Below are positions 38,477-48,000 of a DNA stretch of 64,000 nt, piece after piece. This DNA comes from an uncultured Chloroflexia bacterium (GTDB taxonomy: Bacteria > Chloroflexota > Limnocylindria > Limnocylindrales > CSP1-4), in the NCBI GenBank assembly GCA_963816905.1, contig CAWFMQ010000016.1:23817-87816 (forward strand), read 5' to 3'. A program made the translations under genes and the position numbers. Numbering within the stretch: the first letter of the stretch is position 1; every line of letters begins with the position of its first letter. Under the pieces are notes generated by a model. The model was not told the origin of the DNA. It was given only the letters and a program-made list of their open reading frames with translations, and made no database searches.

Positions 38477-39732
38477 GTACGCCGCCGCGCCCCGACATCG
38501 CCGCCTCCGTCCTCGCGTGGCTGCGAGAGCACGAGACGCTCCGCACCGGGGCCGGGATCTGGATCGGCCTCTTCGTCGCCGCACTGTTGCTGCTCCAGGT
38601 CGGGACGCCCCCGCCGTCCGTCCTCCTGAGTCTCATCCTGGTCGGATCCACGCTGCTCCTGTCGCTGCGCTGGAGAGTGGGCTGGCTCGCGATCGCGGCC
38701 CTGCTTGTGGCCGGTTTCGTGCTGCGTCAACCCAGCCCGGGCGGAGCGGTCAGCTCAGACGTCCTGACGGTCACGCGGGCGGCGATCGAGCAGTGGATGG
38801 CCCACGGCAACCCATACGGTCACGGCTTCGAGCAGTCCACGCCGCCCGGATCGCCGTTCGCCTACGGCCCGCTCGCGCTGGTCTGGTACCTGCCCTTTGT
38901 CGACCATCCTGGACGGCTGGAGCTGCTCATCGCACGAGGCCTGGTGCTCCTGCTGGCAGTGCGGGGCCGCGTCTTCGGGCTGGCGGTCTACGCGACCTTG
39001 CCGGCCCTGGTTGCCACCTCGACGGATGGCTCCAACGACACGAGCGCCGGGCTGATCCTGCTGGTCGCGCTGCTCCTGTCCGAGCGTGCCCCGCGCGCCG
39101 GCGCCGTCGGGCTGGCGGTCGCCGTGGCCTTCAAGCCCTATGCCCTCGCATGGTTACCGCCACTGCTTGCCTACGGGGGCCTGGTCCCACTCGTGACGTT
39201 TGTCGCGGGCAGCCTCCTCCTGTGGGGACCGGCCATGCTCGCCTTCGGTCCGCTGCACATCCTCTGGAGCCTTCGGCACGCCGATGCGATCCATGGGTCC
39301 TCGTATTACTCGCTCGCCTACGGCATCGGATCCAATCTCGTGCTGCCGAAGCCCGTGTACGAAGTGCTGCGGTTCGGCGCCGGCATCGGCATCGCTGCGG
39401 CCAGCTGGGTGCTCGTCCGGTCCGCGCGTTCCTTCATCGTGTCCGGCATCGCCATCTACTTCGTCACGCTGTACCTGGGGTGGTGGTCCACCGTGGCGTA
39501 CGTCGCGGCCATCGCGCCGATCGTCTGCTGGCACCTCGACGACTGGCTGACGCTGCCCCGCGTGAAGTGGCCGGCCGATCCGGTCGGCGTCGTGACCGCA
39601 TGGGTGGACGCCCGCTACCCGATCGTGCGCCCGTGGGCCGACCGCGCCGATCCCGACCGCGCGGATCCGGGACCGACGGCGGGATGGCGCCCACCGACGG
39701 AGGGTGGAGCGCCGGGCGTCGGCATCGGCTGA
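38473..39732 (+). CDS. Polytopic membrane protein, GT-C fold (GT87-like) glycosyltransferase
   Basis: SDV..GNPYG, FAYGPLAL, GSND and AVAFKPYAL, with many TM segments. Confidence 0.65.
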   Translation: MSTPPRPDIAASVLAWLREHETLRTGAGIWIGLFVAALLLLQVGTPPPSVLLSLILVGSTLLLSLRWRVGWLAIAALLVAGFVLRQPSPGGAVSSDVLTVTRAAIEQWMAHGNPYGHGFEQSTPPGSPFAYGPLALVWYLPFVDHPGRLELLIARGLVLLLAVRGRVFGLAVYATLPALVATSTDGSNDTSAGLILLVALLLSERAPRAGAVGLAVAVAFKPYALAWLPPLLAYGGLVPLVTFVAGSLLLWGPAMLAFGPLHILWSLRHADAIHGSSYYSLAYGIGSNLVLPKPVYEVLRFGAGIGIAAASWVLVRSARSFIVSGIAIYFVTLYLGWWSTVAYVAAIAPIVCWHLDDWLTLPRVKWPADPVGVVTAWVDARYPIVRPWADRADPDRADPGPTAGWRPPTEGGAPGVGIG

Positions 39733-39934
39733 GGCAGAGCGGATGGGTTCTTCGCACCCAGGGGCGGAGGGCAGGTCTCGGCGTCATCCCGGCCGCCCGA
39801 GCGGCGTGATGCGGTGCCGCCCGACAACCGCGCCATGTCCGCGACCAGCCGGCCCTGGCGGTGACAACGGGCACCGGCGTCCCGGCTGGATCCTCGACAC
39901 CCCGAAAGGGCCGCGGTACTCTGGACCTGCCGAT

Positions 39935-40035
39935 AACACGGGAAGCGTCGATGCGTGATCCTTCCGAACGGTCGCCTCGGATCACGCGGAGCAGTGGCGA
40001 GCCCGATCCCGTTCGATTGAACCGGATCGGGGGAA
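39935..40035 (+). ncRNA. c-di-GMP-II-like riboswitch (GCG variant) with SD-sequestering expression platform
   Basis: P1 ACGGG(39938)/CCCGU(40008), GGAAGC, a kink-turn, stem 39953-39961/39979-39987, pseudoknot UCGCC(39972)/GGCGA(39996) and AGUGGCGAGCCCGA. -10 TACTCT at 39917. Confidence 0.72.
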
Positions 40036-40041
40036 CGCGCA

Positions 40042-40338
40042 TTGCCGACCGCAGCACTGGGCCTCCTGGCCCTCGCCCACGTCTTCGACTACACCACCTT
40101 CCTGGTGATGACGAGCCGTCACGGCCTCGCCGCGGAGCTGAACCCGGTCGTGATCGCGGTGGCGCAGGCCTTCGGCGTGCCGGGGCTCACGGTCGCCAAG
40201 ACCGCGAGCGTCCTGGTCCTCGCGCTCGCGACGATCATGCTGTGGCGCCTGCACCACAACCGTGTCGCAGCGTCGCTCCTGGCGCTCGGGATCTTCGCCG
40301 GCATCCTGGGTGGTGTGAGCAACCTCGCGACGATCTGA
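40042..40338 (+). CDS. Small membrane protein, DUF5658-like
   Basis: D..T..,ELNP motif and 3 TM segments. TTG start 7 nt after GGGGGA. Confidence 0.75.
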   Translation: MPTAALGLLALAHVFDYTTFLVMTSRHGLAAELNPVVIAVAQAFGVPGLTVAKTASVLVLALATIMLWRLHHNRVAASLLALGIFAGILGGVSNLATI

Positions 40339-40382
40339 CGGGGATGCCGGCGGGTCGGCCCCGGGCCCTGTCGATCGCTCCG

Positions 40383-40994
40383 TCAGTTGCCGGAGATGTC
40401 GATCCCGCGCGCGGCGAAATCGAAGTCGGGCTGCCCGGTCCACACCCAGTCGCGCAGCGCCCAGCGTGACGTCGAGAACGCGATCTCTGGCCACGGGATG
40501 TCCTCGACGCCGAACGCGGCGATCTCCAGCGACTCCTCGCAGGTTCGGAACTCCCCGCTGACGATCACCGCCTCGAACGCCACGACCACGATCGCGGCCT
40601 GGGGCCGCGAGTACAGCCCGACAACGCGCGTCGGCCGGACGAGGAGGCCCGTCTCCTCGAGCGTTTCCCGGACGGCACCCTCGATCGCCGTCTCGTCGAT
40701 CTCCAGGAACCCTCCCGGCTGGGCCCACAGGCCGTACCCCGGTTCGATGCCGCGTCGCAGCAGCACGACGTCGCCCCGGTCGGTCACGGGCAGCGTCGTG
40801 ACGACCAGCCGAGGGTTCACGTACGCGATGAAGCCGCAACTCGGGCAGACGAGACGCTCTCGCTCCTCCGTCGGCAGCGAACGGAACTCGAGCTCCGCAC
40901 CGCAGCGCGAGCAGTAATTCAGCGTCGAGCTCAGCCAACCGGGCACGCCGCCCCGTGTCCGGGGGCGCGGGGCGCCTGCGCCGGGGTCGTCCAT
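40383..40994 (-). CDS. NUDIX hydrolase with N-terminal zinc ribbon
   Basis: YCSRCG..CPSCG..YVNP and the Nudix box GGFLEIDETAIEGAVRETLEETG. Confidence 0.92.
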   Translation of the reverse strand: MDDPGAGAPRPRTRGGVPGWLSSTLNYCSRCGAELEFRSLPTEERERLVCPSCGFIAYVNPRLVVTTLPVTDRGDVVLLRRGIEPGYGLWAQPGGFLEIDETAIEGAVRETLEETGLLVRPTRVVGLYSRPQAAIVVVAFEAVIVSGEFRTCEESLEIAAFGVEDIPWPEIAFSTSRWALRDWVWTGQPDFDFAARGIDISGN

Positions 40995-40998
40995 GCGG

Positions 40999-41418
40999 CT
41001 ACGCCGTCGCGACCGCGATCACGATGCCGGCCACGACCACGAGGCTCGCGGCGAGCACGCCATCCCAGACCAGCCGGAAGGCGCCTCGGCCGCGATCGAT
41101 CCCCATCCACGCCCATGCCGCGCGCCAGATGCGCACGATCGCGTCCGCCGTGACGGCCATGAGCACGAGCCCACCGACCACGACGGGCACCTTCACGATC
41201 GGCGCCGACAACGGCGTGCCGACCTCGAGGGCGCCGATCGCCACGACGCCGCAGACGAGCACGACGATCGACAGGTAGATGAACGCATCCTGGAGCGGCG
41301 TCGGCCGCGTCTCCGGGACACGCTGCGGGACGATCGGCCGGCCGCGGACGTCGAGCCGGACGGGCCGCTCCTGGCGGTCGAGCCGCGGACCGATCTGCAG
41401 CGAACCGTCGGGGTCCAT
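40999..41418 (-). CDS. Hypothetical membrane protein (3 TM)
   Basis: Hydrophobic segments, in operon context. Confidence 0.65.
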   Translation of the reverse strand: MDPDGSLQIGPRLDRQERPVRLDVRGRPIVPQRVPETRPTPLQDAFIYLSIVVLVCGVVAIGALEVGTPLSAPIVKVPVVVGGLVLMAVTADAIVRIWRAAWAWMGIDRGRGAFRLVWDGVLAASLVVVAGIVIAVATA

Positions 41419-41475
41419 CAGGTCCCGAGTGTACCCATGCCGCGCCGCAGACCCCAGAGCGCAACTCCGCCGGGT

Positions 41476-42944
41476 TCACTGCCCCTGCGCGCGGGTGAAC
41501 CCCTCCATGTCCCCGTAGACCCTCAGTTTCTCCACGCTCACCCATGGATAGGCGGTCACGATCCGCCCGACCAGCCGGCGGATGGCTGCGTCGTCGATGT
41601 CGGTCGCGTCATCGATCGCCACGAACCGGCAGCTCCACCAGCCGACCGAGTCGATCCTGGCGCCGGTGGCCGGGTAGACCATGGTGCCCCGCGTGGAGAT
41701 CATCTGGAGCTGGAACTCCGGCTCGGCGAAGGCGTCGAGCGCAATCCCGAGGGCGACCGGGTCGACATCTGCCTCGACGTAGACGTCCACTCCGACAAGC
41801 CGCGTCGCGACTGCCCGATCGGCCGGTGCGTACGACCAGCGCGGGAGCGACACGGGCGCCGCGCCGCCCGGCAGGACCCGCGCACGCCGGTAGTCGGTCG
41901 AGCGGCGACCTGCCGAGGTTGGCGATGATCGCGTCGGTGTAGCCGGTGGTCGACGTCGGCCTGCTCGACGTCGCCGGCCTGGCGCGCCACGTCCAGGGTG
42001 ACCGGCGTGGCCCTCCTCGAGCGTGACGAAGACGGCGTCCTCGACGCGCTTCGCGGCGTCCGTCTCCCCGATGTGGCGCAGCATCATCACCGAGCTCAGG
42101 ATCAGCGCGGTCGGGTTGATGGTGTTCTTGCCGGCGTACTTCGGCGCCGAGCCGTGGACCGCCTCGAAGATCGCGACCTCGTCGCCGTAGTTGCCGGAGG
42201 CGGCGAAGCCGAGCCCGCCGACGAGACCGGACGCCACGTCGCTGATGATGTCGCCGGCCAGGTTGGTCGTCACGAGACGTCGAACTGGGCCGGGTTCTTG
42301 ACCATCTGGTGGGCGACGTTGTCGATGATCAGGTGCTCGTGCGGTGATCTCCGGGTACTCCGGTGCCAGCTCCTCGACGACGCGCTTGAACAGGCCCTCG
42401 GTGAGCTTGAGGATGTTCGCCTTGGTCGCGCACGGTGACCTTCTGCGCGGCCCTCGCGCCGGGCCAGCTCGAAGGCGTAGCGGATGATCTTCTCGGAGCC
42501 CTTGCGGCTGATGATCTTGAGCGCGACCGCGACGTCGCGGGACTGCATGTACTCGACGCCGGCGTAGAGGTCCTCGATGTTCTCGCGCACGACGATGAAG
42601 TCGACGCCCTCGCCGGCATAGCGGGTGGGCACGCCCGGCAGCTGGCGGGCAGGGCGGATGTTGGCGTACGTCTCGAAGAGCTTGCGCAGCGTGACGTTGG
42701 CGCTCTTCTCCCCGAACCCGATCGGCGTCTCGAGCGGGCCCTTGAGGGCGACCCTGGTCCGCTCGATCGACTCGGCGGTCTCGCGCGGCACGCCGGAGGT
42801 GTCGCCGCGCTTGAAGACCTCGGCGCCGGCCTCGGCGATCTCCCACTCGATCGCGACGCCGGCCGCCTCGATGACGCGGCGTGCCGCAGTCGTGATCTCG
42901 GGCCCGACGCCGTCGCCGGGGATCAGGGTGACTCGCGTGGTCAT
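41476..42944 (-). CDS. icd: NADP-dependent isocitrate dehydrogenase (long form with C-terminal domain); several frameshifts
   Basis: VTLIPGDGVGPEI, KGPLETPIGFGEKSANVTLRK, VRENIEDLYAG, FEAVHGSAPKYAG and the C-terminal LVGVDVY..MISTRG..GFTRAQGQ. Confidence 0.9.
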
Positions 42945-43134
42945 GGCTTCTCCAGGTATGCGGGCAGTGCTGCAGCGAACGCGGCCGGATCTTGAGGTCC
43001 CGACAGGGTAGCCCAGGCCGCGAGGATGGATTCGGCGGCTGGTTGACGAGCGCCCGGGCGGGGCAGTCGCGGTCAGCTCCGGCCGTGCAGGAAGGCAAGC
43101 GCGCCGCGGGCACGGACCCCGAGGCCGATGCTGG

Positions 43135-43641
43135 TCAGAGCTCGGGGCCGAACTCGTTGTCCTGGTTGACGGGGTCGGCAACGATCTTCCGAGTCTGTGC
43201 GGCGCGGAACGCCCTGACCCGATCGGCGAGCGCATCGTTGCCGATCGACAGCATCTGCGCGGCAAGGAGCGCGCCGTTCGTCCCGAGGCCGAGGCCGACG
43301 GTGGCCACCGGCACACCCCTCGGCATTTGGACCGTGGACAGTAGCGCGTCCAGGCCGTTCGCCAGTCCTCCGGGCATCGGCACGCCGATGACCGGCCACT
43401 GCGTCCGCGCGGCCACGGCGCCGGCCAGGTGGGCCGCCAGCCCGGCGGCGCAGATGAAGACGCGCCCACCGCGGCGAGCGGCGTCCGAGACGTACTCATC
43501 GAGCAGGTCCGGCGCCCGGTGGGCGGAGATCACGCGAACCTCCCGCGGAACGTGCAACTCGTCAAGCAGCGCGGCAGCTTCCTGGAGGACGGGGAGATCG
43601 GAACGACTGCCACAGATCAGGGAAACGAACGTAGTGGGCAT
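43135..43641 (-). CDS. purE: N5-CAIR mutase / AIR carboxylase
   Basis: GSRSD, SAHRAP, AGLAAHLAG, PVIGVP and DALLSTVQMPRGVPVATV. Confidence 0.95.
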   Translation of the reverse strand: MPTTFVSLICGSRSDLPVLQEAAALLDELHVPREVRVISAHRAPDLLDEYVSDAARRGGRVFICAAGLAAHLAGAVAARTQWPVIGVPMPGGLANGLDALLSTVQMPRGVPVATVGLGLGTNGALLAAQMLSIGNDALADRVRAFRAAQTRKIVADPVNQDNEFGPEL

Positions 43642-44061
43642 GGGGGGATGCTACACGGGCGGCGGTGTCGGAACCCGGGCGATGGCGCGCCCGGTGGCGC
43701 GCGCGCATGACCTCCGCGTCAGCGGACGTTCCGGCGGTCGGTCGGGGCGACACACCGCCTGCCCACCCGCGCCCTTCCTTCCCGATTCCGCACAATGAAC
43801 GAGCGACGGCGGCCCAAATCGGCCGCAGCGACGGGTCGCGGGCGACCCGCGCGGCCGGAATCGGGTGGTCAGGGCCACTCACGATGCGATCTCGCCATGA
43901 AACGCACGGATCCCAATGTCAGTGACGGCGTGTCGACGCCTGCGGCGCATGATCGTGCCCTTCTGCCAGGTACCGGTCCGCGCCCATGGCCACGATCTCC
44001 GCGGCACGATCCGGCCGGCTCACGCTGATGAATTCGAGCCGCGGGTGAGTCGGAGGTGACG

Positions 44062-44580
44062 TCAGTTGGCGCTGCCGACACGACCAGCGGAGGTCGACGG
44101 GACATCGACATCGAGGTCGGCAAGCAGGACCGCCCGCGTGGTCCAGTCGTAGTCGGCGAGGCGCTCGGTCAGGGCCCGATCGTTCGTGATGAGCCATGCG
44201 CTCGACGTGACGGTGGCGGTTGCGGCGATAAGCGCATCGGCGGTCGTGGCTCGGGTCACGGCTCGGATGCGAGCGGCCTCGGCCGCCACCAGAAGGTCCG
44301 CGGAGCGGATCTCGAGCCCAGGGAAGCCGAGCAGGAAGGTCCTGACCGTCGAGGCCTCGCGCGGGCCCGCCATGATCGGCCTCACCAGGAGCTCGGCCGC
44401 CGTGATCGCCGAAAGCACCCCGGGATTCCGGCCCGTCGCCACGAGCTGGTCGAAGATGGTCGTCGCGATGCCGGAGACCGCTTCATCCCCCTTCAGGTAC
44501 GCGATGACGGCCGACGTGTCCAGGACGAGCCGATCACCCACCGGGATGATCTGCACGAGGTTGGCCGACGGGAGGGTCAC
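44062..44580 (-). CDS. PIN-domain toxin
   Basis: [26 protein letters not shown] and LITND. Confidence 0.9.
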   Translation of the reverse strand: MTLPSANLVQIIPVGDRLVLDTSAVIAYLKGDEAVSGIATTIFDQLVATGRNPGVLSAITAAELLVRPIMAGPREASTVRTFLLGFPGLEIRSADLLVAAEAARIRAVTRATTADALIAATATVTSSAWLITNDRALTERLADYDWTTRAVLLADLDVDVPSTSAGRVGSAN

Positions 44581-44819
44581 CAGGCCTCTCGGTCGCGCCT
44601 GAGTTCGTCTGCCCATCCGGTGCCGTAGACACCGGCGAGAGTCCCCGCGTACGTCTCGAGCACAGGCTGGAGACGAATTGCGCCATCGTCGACGGTCACC
44701 ACGAACCGATCGCCCACGCGTGCCCCGATTACCGCCAGGGCAGATTCCGGGATGGTCAGTTGGTTCTTGGCACGGAGACGGGCGATGTCGGGCGTGGTTG
44801 GTAGGACGACTGCGTTCAT
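44577..44819 (-). CDS. AbrB/MazE-type antitoxin
   Basis: LRAKNQLTIP..IGARVGD..IRLQP. GTGA overlap with the PIN gene. Confidence 0.88.
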   Translation of the reverse strand: MNAVVLPTTPDIARLRAKNQLTIPESALAVIGARVGDRFVVTVDDGAIRLQPVLETYAGTLAGVYGTGWADELRRDREAW

Positions 44820-44972
44820 GGTGCGACATTATTCGACTGGTGCGACGAAGTCAAGAAGGTTGGAGAGGGTCCGTTCCAACCGATTCGGTTCGGTCGACCT
44901 CTTTCGCGGACCTACGGAAGGACCGTGACCGCCGGAGCGCCCGAGACTCGAGCGCAGCCTGACGCATGAAAC

Positions 44973-45052
44973 TCGGCGGCCGCCCGGGAAGGTAGTCACC
45001 GGGCGGGCCGCCGAAAAACCCGGGTCCTGGCGGCGGGGACGCCAGGACCGGG
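44973..45052 (-). terminator. Tandem intrinsic terminator hairpins downstream of the GH2 gene
   Basis: Hairpin 45019-45052 followed by TTTTT on the minus strand, then a second GC-rich hairpin at 44973-45014. Confidence 0.75.
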
Positions 45053-45069
45053 AGTGACGTGCGGGTTGG

Positions 45070-48000
45070 TCAGTGGATCACGAGGGTGTAGGGCGCGCTG
45101 AGCACGGCCAGGAAGTTGCCGTTGCCCAGGTACTTCGCCTTGATGGTGTGGGTGCCGGCCGGCAGGTTCCAGGTCGGGGTGAAGGTCGCCACGCCGGCCG
45201 CGTCGATGGGGGCAGGGGCACCCATGAGCGTGCCGTCGATGAGGAACTGGACTGTGGCGGGGGCAAGGCTGCCGATCGGTGCCACGGAGTTGACAAAGGT
45301 CGCGGTGAAGGTGGGCTTCACGCCGAAGGTGATGGGACTCAACGGGGCGCTGGTGACGGACCCGCTGGGGGTCGCCTTCTTGACCAGCTGGGCGTAGGAG
45401 GGACTAGTGGAGCCGGCGTAGTTGGCGTCACCCAGGTACTGGGCGCGGATGCCCCGGCTGCCGGCCTTCAGATCGTTGAATACGATGGAGGCCTGCCCGG
45501 CGCTGATCGGCCGGGGGCCACCGGTGGCCACGCCGTCGACGAAGAACTGGACGTGCCCGCTGATCGGGAGCCCGGAGCTGAGGTTCTCGGGCGTGATGGT
45601 CGCGGTGTAGGTGACGTTCCCGCCGTAGACCGAGGGATGGATGTCGCTGGTCACGACGGCGGACGTGGCGAGGCGCTTCTTGACGTTGTGGTTGATGGTT
45701 GCGCTGACGCTCGCCTCCCAGTTGGGATCGCCGCTGTAGGCGGCCGACACCGTGTGCGTGCCGAGCGCGAGGGGCGGGCTGCCGGGGAAGGCCGCCACCC
45801 CTGACCCGTCGAGGACCACCGGGGCGCCGAACGGGGCGCCGTCGAGGTTCCACTGGACGGTGCCCGTGGGAATGGGGCTGCCCGAGCTGACCAGCGCCAC
45901 CGTCGCGGTCAGCGTGGTCGGATGCCCGAACTGGGTGGGGTCGTAGGCCGCCGCGACGGTGGTCGTCGGGATCGCCTCGACCACGTTGAAGCCGTCGACC
46001 TTGACGACGGTGACGTTGCCGTGGCGACCGGCCAGCTCGTACTTCACGCTGAGGGTACGGGACTCACCCGGCATCAGCGTGACGTAGTTGTCGTCGGCGA
46101 TGAACGGGAGGATCTGCTGGCCGTTCTCATCGACGCCGTAGATGCGGGTCTGAAGCGCCGGTAGGTTGCCGGTGTTGGTGAGCTTCACCGTGAGGGCGGC
46201 CCAGCCGGGCTCCGGCGAAGCTGCGGACTGCACGTCGGGCCTGACAGCTACGGGCGCCACCGGCGCGGCAGTCGTGCCCTTGAGCGTGGTGCGGATGGCG
46301 GTGTAGTCGGTCCAGACGGTCGGGCTGTTGGTGTTGCGGGTCGTGCGGCTGCCGGCGGGCCACACCGACTTGGTGTCGGGGTTCGTCCAGTAGAAGTTGG
46401 CCCCCAGCACCTTGCCGTCCTGCGAGGTGACCGACGTGCGCACGTACCGGGTGCCGGACAGCCCGGCGACCGGCGCGACGGTCAGCAGCGGCGGTCCAAC
46501 GCGCTGGTAGAGGAGGTTCGCCACCGCCACGCCGCCCTGGGCGATGCTCGCCGCCTGGGTGAACTGGCTGGAACGGCCTCCGGCCGCAACCGAGGTGACG
46601 ACGGAGTTCTCGCTTACCTTCACGCCCTGGAGGTTGTAGACCTCGGCCTTGACCGTCACGTTCGTCAGATCGTCCCTCGACTCGTTGGAGAGGAAGACCG
46701 TCTGGTCGCGGATGTCGAGGATGGGGTTGATGGGCTGGTTGGCGACCTTCTCGCCGTAGTACCCGGCGTTGAGGTCGTAGTAGTAGTCGTACGTCTGCCA
46801 CGCCGTCGACGGCCAGGCGGACTGGCTCATCCACTGCATCAGGCCGGGCGTGTCGTTCACGTAGACGGCCTCGTACATGGACCGGTGGTTGTCGTAGTTC
46901 ATCAGCTGCGCGGTCTTGACGAATTCCGTGAAGCCGTCTGCCACGTAATTCGGGTCGTACGTGTGGCTGATGTGGTCCAGCTCGCGGGAGGCCTCGGTGG
47001 CGCCGCCGGTGGTGAAGTCGTGCAGGCCCCACACGTCGACGCCGGGTGTCCCGGCGATCGGCGGCCACGGGATGGTGTTGCCGAGCATCCGGCGCATCGA
47101 CTCGAGGGTCGGGATGTTGAGCATGCCGCGCTCGGACGAGAGGTTCTTCGCGCCGTTGCCGTTGCCGTTGTAGCCCGCGGCTGCGGGCGTGTTGTCGAAG
47201 TACCAGACCGCGTCGCGGACGCCGTACGGGCCGTGGCCGTCCATGCCTTCGCGCACGCCGGCCGAGTCGGCAACATAGGTGCGCGTCGGGTCGAGCGTGC
47301 CGGTGCCGCCCGCTGTCATGGCGCGGAGCTGCGGCTCCAGCGTCGCCGACGGACTGCCCTCGTTGCGACCGCAGTAGAACGTCACGGAGACGTGGGCGCG
47401 GACCCGCTTGACCTTGGCGATCGCGCTGGCCATGAACATCTGCTCGTTCTGGGCGTTGGGCCCGTCATACGGGTTGGCCAGCCAGAAGTCGTCCATGATC
47501 AGGATGCCGTACTTGTCGGCCGCATCGTAGAAACCCGGGTGGCCGGTCATGCCCACCCAGTTGCGGACGATGTTGAGGTTGTCCTCCTTGTGCAGCCGCA
47601 TCTTGAGGTCGAAGTCCTCGGCGGTGTTGGCCATGTTCTGGTCGGACAGGCCCCAGTTGCCGCCGCGAGCCACGATGCGCGTGCCGTTGACGGAGATGTT
47701 CAAGCCGGCGTGCGGGTTGCGGGAAGGCGTGGTGTCATAGGCGTTGAGATCGGGCTGCGAGCGCCACTCGAAGCTGAGCTCGCGGATGCCGGTCTTGAAG
47801 TTGGCCTCGTGCGAGGCCGCATAGGGGCCGGACTCCGACGACGCGGCATTCGCGGTCAGGTGCACGTCATAGAGCGACGGGTCGCCGTATCCGTTGGGCC
47901 ACCAGAGCTTCGGGTTGTGCATGGTCACCGTGGGCAGTGACACCGAGACGGTCGAGTGGGCAGGGACCGTGTACGAGCCCGCGGAAGCGACCGCGACGTC

